From Octopus sinensis (lineage: Eukaryota): DNA of 64,000 nt. The DNA lies in NCBI RefSeq assembly GCF_006345805.1, contig NC_042998.1, forward strand, positions 155,372,001 to 155,436,000. Reading direction: 5' to 3'. Shown in pieces: positions 48,589 to 60,532 of this stretch. The first letter of the stretch is position 1; the number at the start of each line of letters is the position of its first letter. The notes beneath the pieces are model-generated. The model was not told the DNA's origin. It saw only the letters and a program-made list of their open reading frames with translations, and made no database searches. Position numbers and translations under genes: made by a program.

Positions 48589-49694
48589 AAGGGTGACACC
48601 CAGGGGCTATTAGAAGGGCAGATGATGCCCAGGTGGAGCATGTGGTTAAATTCTACCTTGGCTGCCTTTAGCTTCTCCGAGGTGAGGTGGCAAGGGCAAG
48701 AAAAAACCAGAGTACCTTTAGCTTTGATGAAATGAATGGCAGTGTGAGTTGGAGAGCAGCAGTAAGAAAATTTAGGTTATTCAGCTCCAGATATGAGATT
48801 AAGAGTGCATGGTATGGGTCGTCTGAAGCAGCAATGAAAAAGAGTGGACTAACCGCAGGGTTAGTGGTCTTTTATCTGGGATAGAAAGTTCTATGGTCGC
48901 ATCCCATAAGCGCTGAGTGTGCATGTTCACAAGCAGCTGGAAGTAGTGCAAAAAGTCTGCACCTAATATTAGGTAAGGGAGATCTGTGAGTGCAAAAATC
49001 CACTTGAAGTCATGTTGCAGATCTAAATCCAATGAACAAGAAATCTGGCTGAAAGTTGGAATTGGTGAATGGTTCACTACCTGTAGAGTCACTGGTGATA
49101 ATGGAGGCTTATCTGCAAGGAGTTTTAATGGCCAGATACTACAGGCAGCATCTGTATCTACAAGGCAGTAGGTGTGAGATATCTCGTTTGCTATGAAAAA
49201 TGCACAGTTGACTACTGGCTACTGCAAAGAATGTGCCATGCTCAGTTCTCTGGTTGGACGTTTTCCTGTTGAGAAAAAGTACAAGGTTGGGTACACTTAT
49301 GTGCTAAAGCTCTCCAAACTTGGCATGGTACCAGCATATGAATGAATGAGCAGAGGGTGAGCAATGCGAGGCGAGAAGGAACAATCAAAAGAACACTGCC
49401 TGGGTGAATGTGACCTGGAAGTGCGGAGGAGCTGCACTTCAACTATTGCCTTTACAATCACAGCCATGGCAAGGTCCTTATCAGTGGAAACTGATGCTAT
49501 AGGTGAGTGTGCAAAGGTATCTAGTGGTGCTGAGGTTGGCTTGGTGGGGCTGTCGGTATACTCTATGATTCTGTCGGTAGTGGAGGCTATTTGCTCGATG
49601 GGAGTTGTCTCCACCATAAAGTCTAGGATGGCTTGGACATTAGAGGAAAACCAGGAAAGAGGAAGTTGTTTCAATAAAGCATTATCAGCAGGTG

Positions 49695-50018
49695 TGAGGG
49701 CGCATGGCTTAGTGGTTAGGGCATTCGGCTCATGATCGTAAGGTTGTGAGTTCGATTCCCGGCGACGCGTTGTGTCCTTGAGCAAGACACTTTATTTCAC
49801 GTTGCTCCAGTCCACTCAGCTGGCAAAAATGAGTTGTACTTGTATTTCAAAGGGTCAGCCTTGTCACTCTCTGTGTCACGCTGATTATCCCCGAGAACTA
49901 CGTTAAGGGTACACGTGTCTGTGGAATGCTCAGCCATTTTTACGTTAATTTCACGAGCAAGCTGTTCCGTTGATCGTATCAGCTGGGACCCTCGTCATCG
50001 TAACCGGCGGAGTCTTAG
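49695..50018 (+). mobile_element. Intact tRNA-derived SINE with 11-bp TSD, inserted in gag
   Basis: A box TGGCTTAGTGG, B box GAGTTCGATTCC. TSD ATCAGCAGGTG at 49684-49694 and 50019-50029. CpG-rich. Confidence 0.92.
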
Positions 50019-51423
50019 ATCAGCAGGTGCATTTTGGACCAATTCCTTCACGTGGTACAGAAATTGCAAGGGTTTATGGTCACCCAAGTGTTCATCATAG
50101 ACAAGGATTTTAAATTTTCTTTCTTCTGACAAGGACGTGCACGAAGAATCTACTGCTTAATGCTTCTATATGTGACATTGTGTGGGGGTTCAGTTATCAG
50201 GTCCCTCAAGGTGGCTGTCAGGGACGGTGGTATTGTGCCAAGTAATATATGGAGATGGGCTTCGGAAGGAATATTGTTTGTAGCAAATGTTGATTTGATC
50301 TGCGCAAACAACACTTTCACATACCCTGTGAAACAAGGTAAGGAACTGTTATTCATGGTGAGACATGTAACAGAAAAATGTCAATTACTGGGGAAAAGTT
50401 TGCAAAATGGCATACAACTGTGCTGTTAGATGTAACAGATAGCTCAGGCAGTTGTGTTGTATCCATGTGGGGTATTCAAAACTAGTATGCATGTGTAGCT
50501 TGAGAAATGGCAACAAAGTTTGTGAAGAAAGACAAAATGGCGATGAGCTGCATGGTGTATCAATTCACATGTGTAAGAGAAAAGAGGAATATTTGGCTAT
50601 TCCCCCACCCCAATTTTTTTTAACCCAACTTGACTATAAGAACAAAAGTGAATTATTTTTGGGGTGTCAACATCCTAGCAACAGATTGTTCGTATATGGA
50701 AATGTGTTGGTGTAATTGTGGTGTGTTTCTAAATGACTGGTGTGTGTTCCCTTAGTAACACGCATTTTTCTTTGAACAAGGTGTTCAACGAACCACTATA
50801 TACATATATTATATATATATATATTTTTTTTAATATCAGGGTTACCATTTTATAGTGGCTGTCGTTGGTTGTTGAAGTCCATGTTATTAAATGGAAAAAC
50901 AGTATGAATCACCTTAAGACATTTTTGTATATAAATATATTGTTTATTCTGTGTTCAGCTTCTGTGGTGGAAGCATGTAGTATGATACAAAAACATGTGT
51001 GTTTATATACAAAAAAAGTTTTGATTTTTGCTTTTGCACTGAAAGAAGTAACATATAATATTTGTTTTTAAATGCTGTATGCATGAGTATAATGAGAACA
51101 GTCATTTCGAGAACGTGAGATTGATAAAACATCTTTGTTTACAAACCATATATTTTGTGTTGAGGTGAATAGACATGTGAATCACACATGGGAGATTGTG
51201 CATGGATCTGCAGTGAAGAAATGTGTCTTTGACCAAAGCATGGCAGGAACTGAGACTGTTTCTATAGTATAGCTCAGAACGAGGTTAGTGTTTCAGAATG
51301 AGGCAACGAGTCAAAGTGAGGCTGTGTATCAAAGCGAGGCTAGCTATCTCATTAATATATTCATCTGTTGTGCAGGTCGACTCACATATTACTATGCCTA
51401 AGTTATGTAGCTCTGCTACATTA

Positions 51424-52200
51424 TCATAAAAAATTATTACAAATGCAATTAACCTCATCCTTGTTATTGGTGTTAATATCCCTAGTATTCATTTCATCCC
51501 CCATGTTCAACCAATCATCTGCAGCATCACCATTTCCAAAGTCACAGTCTCTTCTCCAATCCCTATCCCCACTATTATTACACTTATCATTACTATTAGC
51601 AGCATAACTAATACATTTCTCACTACCACTATTATTCCTAATATAGTTGCAGGTACTCCTATTATCAATATTATTCATATGTTCCTTCCAATGCTTGCTG
51701 GTTTTACATATTTCATTCAAGTCTAAGTTAACTGAGTTTATAGTTTCTAATTCCCTTAATCTATGGGATACTATTATTTGTGCATGGTTCCTCATGTTGG
51801 AGTAAACAAATCTCATGGACTGCTGGTTAAACAACCTTCCACATCTGCTCAACAGAGAGTTTCAATTTGGACCCCAAATGGATTGCTGAACCAGATAGTT
51901 TTCATAGATTTCTCTTTCCGTTTTATGTGGTAGGAATCTATGGTTTGATTTTTCCTCCCCCTATTGTACTGTTTATGTTTATTCTCATCTTGGTTGTTAT
52001 TATAACAAATCTCAATCCCATTAATGTCCTTACTTCTACCTACTTCAAATATCTCCATGTTATTATATCTAGAAGGGGTTGTTTGTACTTGTCTTCAGGT
52101 GGACCTAAGACCCTAGCCAGCAGTTTTTCCTTGCTGTTGTGTTCTATTAATGTAATTTACTATTTACGGGAGCATCCCACTCTCCAGTGGCCCTACCATA
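51424..52200 (-). mobile_element. Penelope-like element: post-RT linker remnant
   Basis: KTIWFSNPFG.QI, GRLFNQQSMRFVYSNMRN.AQII.SH, homologous to IIWF..P and IFN...VSF at 28100-28290. Confidence 0.7.
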
Positions 52201-55200
52201 ACATAAATTTTTGTATTTAATCTCTTATTGTATCTATTCTCAACCAATCAATGGGCCAGTTGAGTAAACCTGTCAATAACAAACCTATAATGACAACTGG
52301 AATCAGCTCTAAATCAAATAATCAAATTTACTGCAATAAAAAAAAAAATGTAATGACCATTATTTATACTTGTTTTGTGTGTACACACACAAATATATAT
52401 CAAAATTGTCATTTAACATTCACAGTCCCATGATTGCAGATCAAAAAAATTTATTGTGGCAGCTTTTCCATAGCCAGATGTCCTTCCTGCCACCATTCCT
52501 CACCTGTTTCCAAGTAAGGTAATATTCTTCATGGCTGGGCATGTTTTCCATGGAAGACTGAAAACAAACAACATTGCTTGTATGACAATGATGCTCATTT
52601 ACAGTCATATGTATGTTTCACCTGAAGATTGCAGTGGCTTGAAACTCAAATCACAAGACAATCTTCCAGCTTCAGTTTCAATAAACACGCACACAATCTT
52701 TGATATTATTTTTTTTTAAATAAATGCTTATTATGAACTTTCAGTAATGCATGCTAAATGATGGGACTACAGTTTATGTGTATGTGTGAACACAAGTACA
52801 CTCTCATTTGAAATGCTACTTAGAAAACATTGCATGTTCAAATATCTCTGCAACTTAATTTTCTATTTGTGTGTGATATAATCCATTCAAAAATTTCCAT
52901 TACTTTTTTTGTTACACATTTATTATCATAGTGTATGTTTCCTTCCTGCTTCTTTAATACAAGTAATATTTTGTTTTATTCTAGTTTCAATTGCTGAGAT
53001 TGTGCTGAAAGTTGATTGGTAGTAGGAGTTGCTCTTATTATTACAGCTTATGGTTCATTGTCCTTTTCTCAGTTAATATTCTTCATTTATTCATCATTGT
53101 TTTTAGTATTAAATGCATGTTCTGTTAACAACTACTTTGCATTATTTCATCTTTTAGCTGTCAACTTTAAACTTTATATTTTCAACTGTTGCATGCTTTG
53201 CTGGCATTCTAATAATTAATATTTCATTGCTTTAACAACAGTAAAAATATTTGTACCCTGCTGTCATAGCTGTGTGCACATAGGTATAGAATGGTAAATA
53301 TACTTTTAATATTTTTGTTTTCAACACAAGTAATACTAAAATTTCATTGCTATTAAATATCTATGTATTGGCTTTCCTTGATTCACTTTCATTTTGTATG
53401 TAACAATATTTGATTATTTAAATACAGGTCATCTATATAAATAAACAATACACTTCTTTCATTTGGTTTGCATCAAAAGGGTGACAATATGAATGAGCTG
53501 GGCTTAATTTTTCACTACACATAAACATAGACAGGCTAACAGTATTTACAATGATATTGTGTTCAATAGCAAATTCTAAAAATGCATTGCTATGTGTGTG
53601 TATATCAAAATTTATTGGCAGTATTTAGAAAGTATTTTTTTTATTACTTTATAAATGCAAATTCTTTTAAGATAATTGCATTTCACCTTATAGGTCTATT
53701 TTACATTTTCCACTGTTGATATTCAAACTTTCTTCATGTTGCATGTCTTGCCAGTGTTCTTACCACATGCATGCCATATGTATACTTACACATTTACATG
53801 ACAGGAAGTTATGATACAATGATATCAAATCAATGCAAAACATACTTAAAGATAGCATGTTCACACTAGTATGTGTGTGTGTGTGTGTGTGTGTGTCTCT
53901 CTCTCTCATGATAACAGCATAAATCAAAATCTGACCAGAATTTAAAGATAAAGTCTAAAGAAAAACTGTAAAGTTACTTTTATATTTTTTGCTGAGTGTT
54001 TCACCTGAGTTCCTACTACAAATGTATTGATGATGAATTAATAGCTGATGGACAGGTAGATATGAATGGATTGATCATGCGCTCAAAAAAATCCTATGGA
54101 AAAAACTATTTCACACCAAGGTTATGAATGGGTCTTTTACAAAATATTTATGGATTTTTCAAGTCGTTTTCACTTTAAAATATTCTTTGAATATGCTAAA
54201 AAAATTTTGTAATGGTATTCACCTAAACATAATTTTTAAAAACATTAAAATATTATCTGTTTAAAGAAAGCTAAAATATAAATACTTTCTGTACAAACAA
54301 CTTACATTTTTTTTAAATCACATTCGCTTAAAAATATTGTGTTTAAGAAAAGTGAAAATAGATACATTTATTATTAAAAAAACCCTGTTTTCTTGTCAAG
54401 TCACTGTAATAGAAAGATAAGAATTTTTTCCCTTTCAGAATGAAGATTATTTTCAGAATATTTTCCCATTATGCACCATTTTAGGTATTTAACCCCCCAA
54501 ACCTCTCTCTTTAAAACTACTTGTCCGATTTATGAGAAACTTGTTTTATTCTGTTCATATTAACATTTCGGGGTAAACTTAATTCATAGTATTTTCCCAT
54601 TATGCGCCAGTTTGGCTGGGTAACATTGCAAGCAAGCAAGATTCAAACTGACTTTTACTGTATTATAGATAACAGAGGCACTAGACCAGAAATTTGGGAT
54701 GGAGGATGTGGGAAAGATAGGTTGTTAAATCAATCCCAGATTTTAACTTGGACTCTCTTCTACCAATCTTGAAAGAATGTAAAGTAAAGTTGACCTTGGC
54801 AGGATTTCAATTCAGAATATGAAGAGCAGAATAAATATCACAATGCATTAACCCTTTAGTGTTTAGACTGGTGATAACCAGCCGAAAGTAATTCCCCTTT
54901 ATTTGTTTGAATCAGCCAAATCCAGCCATATCTGATTTCACTATGAAATCGCTAAAAAAAATAAACAAATCACATTATTGAATTCTCATAGCTTTCAGAT
55001 AATACAAAATAATGCCTTTCCTGCCTTTATTCAAGTAAAAATATGGTGAAATTTCTAAGACTTCTTGGTTTTTCTCAATATTTGAAGAGAAGTGTATATC
55101 TTAGTTTTTAATGATATGGTGTCAGCAAGTAGTGATTCCAACTTAGGTTTTACTCTTGATGATGTACTAAATATAAACAAAGACAACAGTGATTTGTCTT

Positions 55201-56331
55201 CAGATGAATCATACTGATATTTATGAATCTTCGCCAGACAAGGAAGATTTTGATAATGAAAGTGATGAAAATGATATTGAAAACATTATGACAACATGGT
55301 TAAAGATTACTACATCAAACAGAATTCCTGATTTCACAGAAAAGACTAGTCCACTATACAGTCTACTTCCTGATGCTCAACCATTGGAGTATTTATTTTT
55401 GTTTTTACTGTAAAGTTATTTTGAAACAGTCTTGGAGGAAAAACTGCTCAACGCATAATTTCTATTTGTGGAAGACCTGATCCACTATGGCAGCCAACTG
55501 ATACTGTAGAAATGAGAGCTTTATTTACTATAAACATTATATATGGTATCAAGCAGTGTCCTTGACTGTGAAACTACTGGGGTCCTGATTTCCAGCATTA
55601 TGTCTAACTATAATTAATTCATATACAGTTTATGTAAAAAGCCACAAGATACCTCCACCACCAGAGGACTATGACCATTTGAAATTTCAGGTTGACATCA
55701 CATCTCAGTTACATGATGGCTTTTCCTCCAGAAAGCACAGAACTGGGAGAAAAGTAAAATTAACTGAGGTGGATGGCAACAGAGAGAATATTGTCTTCCA
55801 TAAAGTAGAAAAAATAACTGGAAGGAAAAAAGTTTGCAGACTGTGTTCGCTGCAAAAAAGAAAAACTGCAAAAGCATATCAGGTTGAGACCTCATATATG
55901 TGTTTGTTTCGCAAAGTGCCCTTGTGTAAAGGGTGTTTTGGATAGATTCATGATAGAAATATAGCATAATTATATTTTGTTGTTTGATAGTTATACTATC
56001 ATATATTCCTTTCAGTTTATTATAAATAATATGTGAAAGTGAGAAATACATATTAATTTCCAGTATGTTACACACCTGTATTCACCTTTGCCTCACCTGT
56101 TAATGGACTTTTTTTTATTAGAGGCATTCTGCTATGTAAATGTATTCATTAAATTGTATAAGAGTACATAGGCAATGGTATATTGACTAGTAAAAGATGT
56201 TTGTACTTTATTTTCAACAAAAATATTTGAATGAAATATAGAGAAAGAATAAAATTTTGTACTGATTATACCTGTATTTTAATTAATTTAAATTAATGTA
56301 CCTCATCTTGAAAAGAGCAAAATCGTTGGCA

Positions 56332-59300
56332 TCTGTATATATAAAAAGCAGGGTGTGTGTGTGTGTGTGTATACATGAATGTAATTTATGCACGTCTACA
56401 AATTAGCACACATGCCGCTCTAATTTTAGGAGGACATTCGTCACGACCCTAGCTGTATTTTCGTCAAATTATTTTTCCCGAGGCACCAAAGGGTAGCGGT
56501 AAAAATCAATTTTCAACCTTATCTTTTACCAATTTTGAAGTTTGCTAACATGAGTAAGTCCCTTCTTGCCATAGCAAAGTGAAAATGTGTGTGTGTGTGT
56601 GTGTGAGGGAAAGAGAAGTCATGTGTTGATGTATGTGTGTGTGTATGTGTGTGAGGGAGAGAGACAGTGACAGCATTCACCAAAAATAAAAATGTAAAAT
56701 GTTTTTTTTTTCTTAAACATGAGATATAGTTTTCAAATTTAGGATGTTTTTGAAAGACACTATATTTTAAATTCAGATTATATATACTTTCTCACACAAC
56801 AATTAAAATATATTTATTTTAAATCATTTATTTTAAATCGTTCATCTTTCTACCCCCTCTCTCACACACACATTACTTTGGGCGCGAAAGAGTTTTGTTT
56901 TTTATATTACGTCAAGGAAAAAAGTGTTTTGTTGAGAATCCATTTATTTAACAACATAGAAACAAAGAGGTAGGTAACAATTTGTCAGTGAATTACACAA
57001 TATAAATGGGTAAAATTTCCAAGGCTCCACCACACCACACCCCATTTCTCAGACCACAAAAAGGGTTTTGTAGCATATTAGGAGGCCAGGGTAGTTGATT
57101 CCACACAAAAAATCCGATTTTTTTTTCTTAGTGAAAATCATGCGAGTGTTATCTAAAAATTTGCCTGGAGTTTTTCATGGTAAATTTGAGATTAAAAACA
57201 AATGTTTTTCACATTCTTAAACTCCGTATTTTTCCACGTACATTGAAAAATAGATGGTGAAAAGATCAATGGGTATGGTGTGTGTGTGTGAAATTTCCGA
57301 GGTTTTCACCACACCATACCATACTCCGTTTTTCGAACTGCAAAAAGGGTTCAGGGTAGTTAATTCCATGCAAAAAATTCGATTATTTTTTCTTAGTAAA
57401 AATCGTGCAAGTGTTAATCTAAAAATTTAATCTAAAACTTTTTTTCCATTCATTTCTGTTTATGGAATTCTCTGTACGTAATTTTGCTTTCTCGGTGGTC
57501 AAGGCAAATGATGACTGGGAAAGCAACAGTGCCCTAATACTGACATTCGATACAATGACCTGATCTACAATAATGCGCTGACTGAAATCGAGGATGCCCA
57601 GCTCATAATGGGTGGGGCAGTGTTGAACACATTCGGTTTGCCATCTTCATTGCGAAAGGACGTTAACACACTCCCACCAAAGTTACTTTTGGAGTTGTCG
57701 TATGATGCTGATGGCCTTGCGGAGTACCTGAGAGTAAATGAACCAAAACTGCTCCCTGATCAGAGGCTGGTGTATGAAACTGTTGTCAGTACCATTGAAA
57801 AACAGGTGGGCGGTATTTTTTTCATCGATGCTGCTAAAGGTACCAGCAAATGCTTTGTAACATGATACTTGCTAAGATTCGTCGCGAGAAACAAATTGCA
57901 CTAGCTGTTGCTTCCTCGGGAATCACTGCTACGTTATTGCTGGTAGGTAGGACGGTGCACTCAACATTCAAGCTGCCTTTACATTTGGTGAGGGCTGAGG
58001 TTCCTACTTGCAACATTGGCAAAAATTCAGAGGAATCTGAAGTTCATAAACAGTGCCGTCTCATTGTATGGGACAAATGCACAATGATCAATAAGGGTGC
58101 CCTGGAGGCACTGGACCGGTCACTGAAAGGTATCAGGGATTCTACAGCTTCTATGGGTGGTGTAACTCTATTGCTTTCAGGAGATTTCTGGCAAATCCTT
58201 CCTGTCATTCCTAAAGGGAGCCAGGCTGATGAAGTGTGCACAAGCCTTAAGTTATCAACGTTGTGGTTCCAGGTTAAGACCTTGCTTGGTGATAACATGT
58301 CTGCAGCATTTGCTGAAGACATTTTAGCCCTTGGAGTAGGCAAGGTCCTTAGGAATGATAGGGGCAACATATCCATCTCTGAACTGTGCAACACTTCTGA
58401 TCAACAACCCTTCCGATCTTTTGGAAAGAGTGTTCCCCAATCTGGAAAGTAATTATGCAGATATCAATTGGCTCAGTGAAAGAACCATCCTGGCCCTCCA
58501 AAATGTAGCTGTTAGTGTTATCAGTGACCAGCTGATAAGCCGAATTCCGGGTGAGGAGCGCATCTACAAATCGATTGACAGGACCACCGACCCCCAAGAC
58601 ATTGTCACTTACCCTGTCGAGTTTCTTAACTCATTAGAGCCAGCAGGACTTCCACCTCACACTTTTAGGCTAAGGGTTAGATGCCCAATTATGCTAATCA
58701 GAAACTTGCTTCTGCCTAAACAGTGCAACGTGACTCGCTTAGTAATCAAGTTCCTGACGCCCCACTTGATTGAGGCCACCATTGTTACAGGGTGCGGAAG
58801 GGGTGAAAATGTTTTCATTTCAAGGATGCAGCTTTATCCCTTGGGGTCAGACATGCTCTTTAACTTCCGCAGATCGCAGTTCCCGGTGAGACCATGCTTC
58901 GCCTTGTCCATTAACAAATCCCAAGGCTAAACACTATTGGTGGTAGGCATCCATTTAGGGTTTTCCATTCAATCAGAATAAAAAATTGAAAAACTGATTC
59001 CTTATAGGATTTCCCACTAAAATTGGCTACACCCTATTTTCAACCATAACTTTTACCAATTTTGACATATTTTGCTCAAACTTGATGCCAGCATTACTCA
59101 TAGGATCTTTCAATGCTTTATGTTCTCAAAAAAAAAAAAAAAATTGATGAGAGGAAATAATCGATAAACTGATTCCTTATGGGACCTTCCCAATCAAATT
59201 GCCTGCAACCCATTTTCAGCCAAACATTTACCAATATCAACAGATTTCACTCAAATTTGATGTCGGTGTCACTTATTTTGGCTTGAAATAAAGTGTTTGA

Positions 59301-59351
59301 TCACTTGATAATCCTAACTTAATCCCAGGCAACGCCAGGCTATACTACTAG
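56332..59351 (+). mobile_element. Helitron, non-autonomous, carrying a Pif1 helicase remnant
   Basis: 5' A|TCTGTATATATAAAA. 3' hairpin CCAGGCAACGCCAGG followed by CTAG (59348-59351). Diverged internal repeats at 57026-57160 / 57305-57430 and 58990-59280. Confidence 0.8.
57540..58930 (+). pseudogene. Helitron Pif1-family helicase fragment
   Basis: GGIFFIDAAKGTSK, AVASSGITA, GRTVHSTFKLP, LIVWD, GDFWQILPV, GLPPH.F.L....PIML.RNL, QFPVRPCFALSINKSQG. Confidence 0.92.
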
Positions 59352-59885
59352 GCTGGGATAATTTTAGTAACAAATCACAGGTAGGATGCATTAAGAATTT
59401 CAATTTTAGTGTTTATCCATAATGTTATTGCTTTTACACCTGTTGATTAAACTTACCTGCCTATAAAAGATCAGCTAGACTTACATAACTATAATCCATT
59501 GTATATAAGCACCCACTAACAAAATTTCAAATCTGTATGCAAAAAATTAACAAAGTTACAAGCAATATTTTGGACACTCCTCTTGAACCTGAATAATTCG
59601 GAATAATGTGAACAAATAAGCATTACATTTGACAGATTAATCTGAACACTAAAGGGTTAATAACTACTTATATACTGCTTATGTATAATAATAACATGAT
59701 TATATTTAATGGAAGGCAAGGCTGTGTGGTAAGACGTTTGTTCCCAACCACATAGTTTTTGGGTTCAGTCCTACTGCATACCACCTAGGGAATGTGTCTT
59801 CTACTATAGCCTTGGGCCAACAAAAGCCTTCTGAAGCGAATTTGGTAAAGAGAATCTTTAGATATATGTATATATATATATGTCT

Positions 59886-59920
<35 letters not shown>

Positions 59921-60197
59921 GTGCACTTATATGTGTGTTATTGTCTGCTTGCCTTGCTTTGGACTTCATGTGATAATTGTAAATGAGCATCACCTTCATG
60001 AAAGTGGTATCCTTCTTTCCAACTTTCTCTGAAAGCATATCTTCTGATCATGGGGAAATATATCCTTACTTGAAAACAGGTAAGAGTTAGTATCAGGAAA
60101 GGCATCTGCCTCAACAAATTCTGTCCAACCCATGGGAGTGGACATTATAATGACAAATTTACAGAAAAAATATAAGCACACTACAGAATCTATTTAA

Positions 60198-60456
60198 CCC
60201 TTTAGCATTCTGATTACTATGTCAAATGTAATTTGACAAGTGATCTGAATATTGAAGGGTTAAATAGATTCTATAATATGCTTATATTTTTTCTTATTTA
60301 TTCAGTTTGTTTTAAATTTATCATTTATTATCTTGTAGCTTCAAAATTTTAAGGATGTGATTGTTTATTTTTAGAATGTCATTGTAGGGTACATGCAAAA
60401 CGCCAGATCTATCTGGTCTGAACATAAAACAGGTAGAATATTTAAATGCTAAAGGG
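60198..60456. mobile_element. piggyBac-type MITE
   Basis: TTAA-CCCTTTAGCATT ... AATGCTAAAGGG-TTAA. The left end is related to the right end of the 54852-59656 element. Confidence 0.85.
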
Positions 60457-60532
60457 TTAAACAATAACTGCTAAATAATAAATAACATTAATGCAGATTT
60501 TTCAAATATGTGAAATTCAATAACTATCTTAC

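Larger units (their letters stand above)
47639..51420 (-). mobile_element. Ty3/Gypsy element with both LTRs and most of pol deleted
   Basis: 5' LTR 51420-50851 and 3' LTR 47896-47639 both run TGTAGCAGAG...GCCACTATA. PBS-like AAATGGTAACCCTGA at 50850-50836, PPT-like AGCAGGAGGCTA next to the 3' LTR, TSD TTAT (47635-47638, 51421-51424). Contains gag (LPCF, CWYH.KFG), protease (CLVDTDA, ILGADFL), RT start (GIICPSNSPWVSPL) and integrase tail (PYTGPY, IDRLK). Confidence 0.9.
54852..59656 (+). mobile_element. piggyBac element, internally deleted, interrupted by a Helitron
   Basis: TTAA at 54848-54851 and 59657-59660; TIR CCCTTTAGTGTT(T/C)AGA. N-terminal remnant (PDFT..T.P..PLEY.FLF; GI...P...YW) is joined almost directly to the C-terminal Cys-rich domain (CRLC...TSYMC...VPLCKGCF); the catalytic core is absent. 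Confidence 0.85.

Noticed and set aside
49695-49770. tRNA gene
   Set aside because: It is the tRNA-like head of a SINE with a TSD, and the acceptor stem is not complete.
53990-54130. Short plus-strand open stretch (SSYYKCIDDELIADGQV...)
   Set aside because: No good acceptor, no homology I recognise, and no partner exons.
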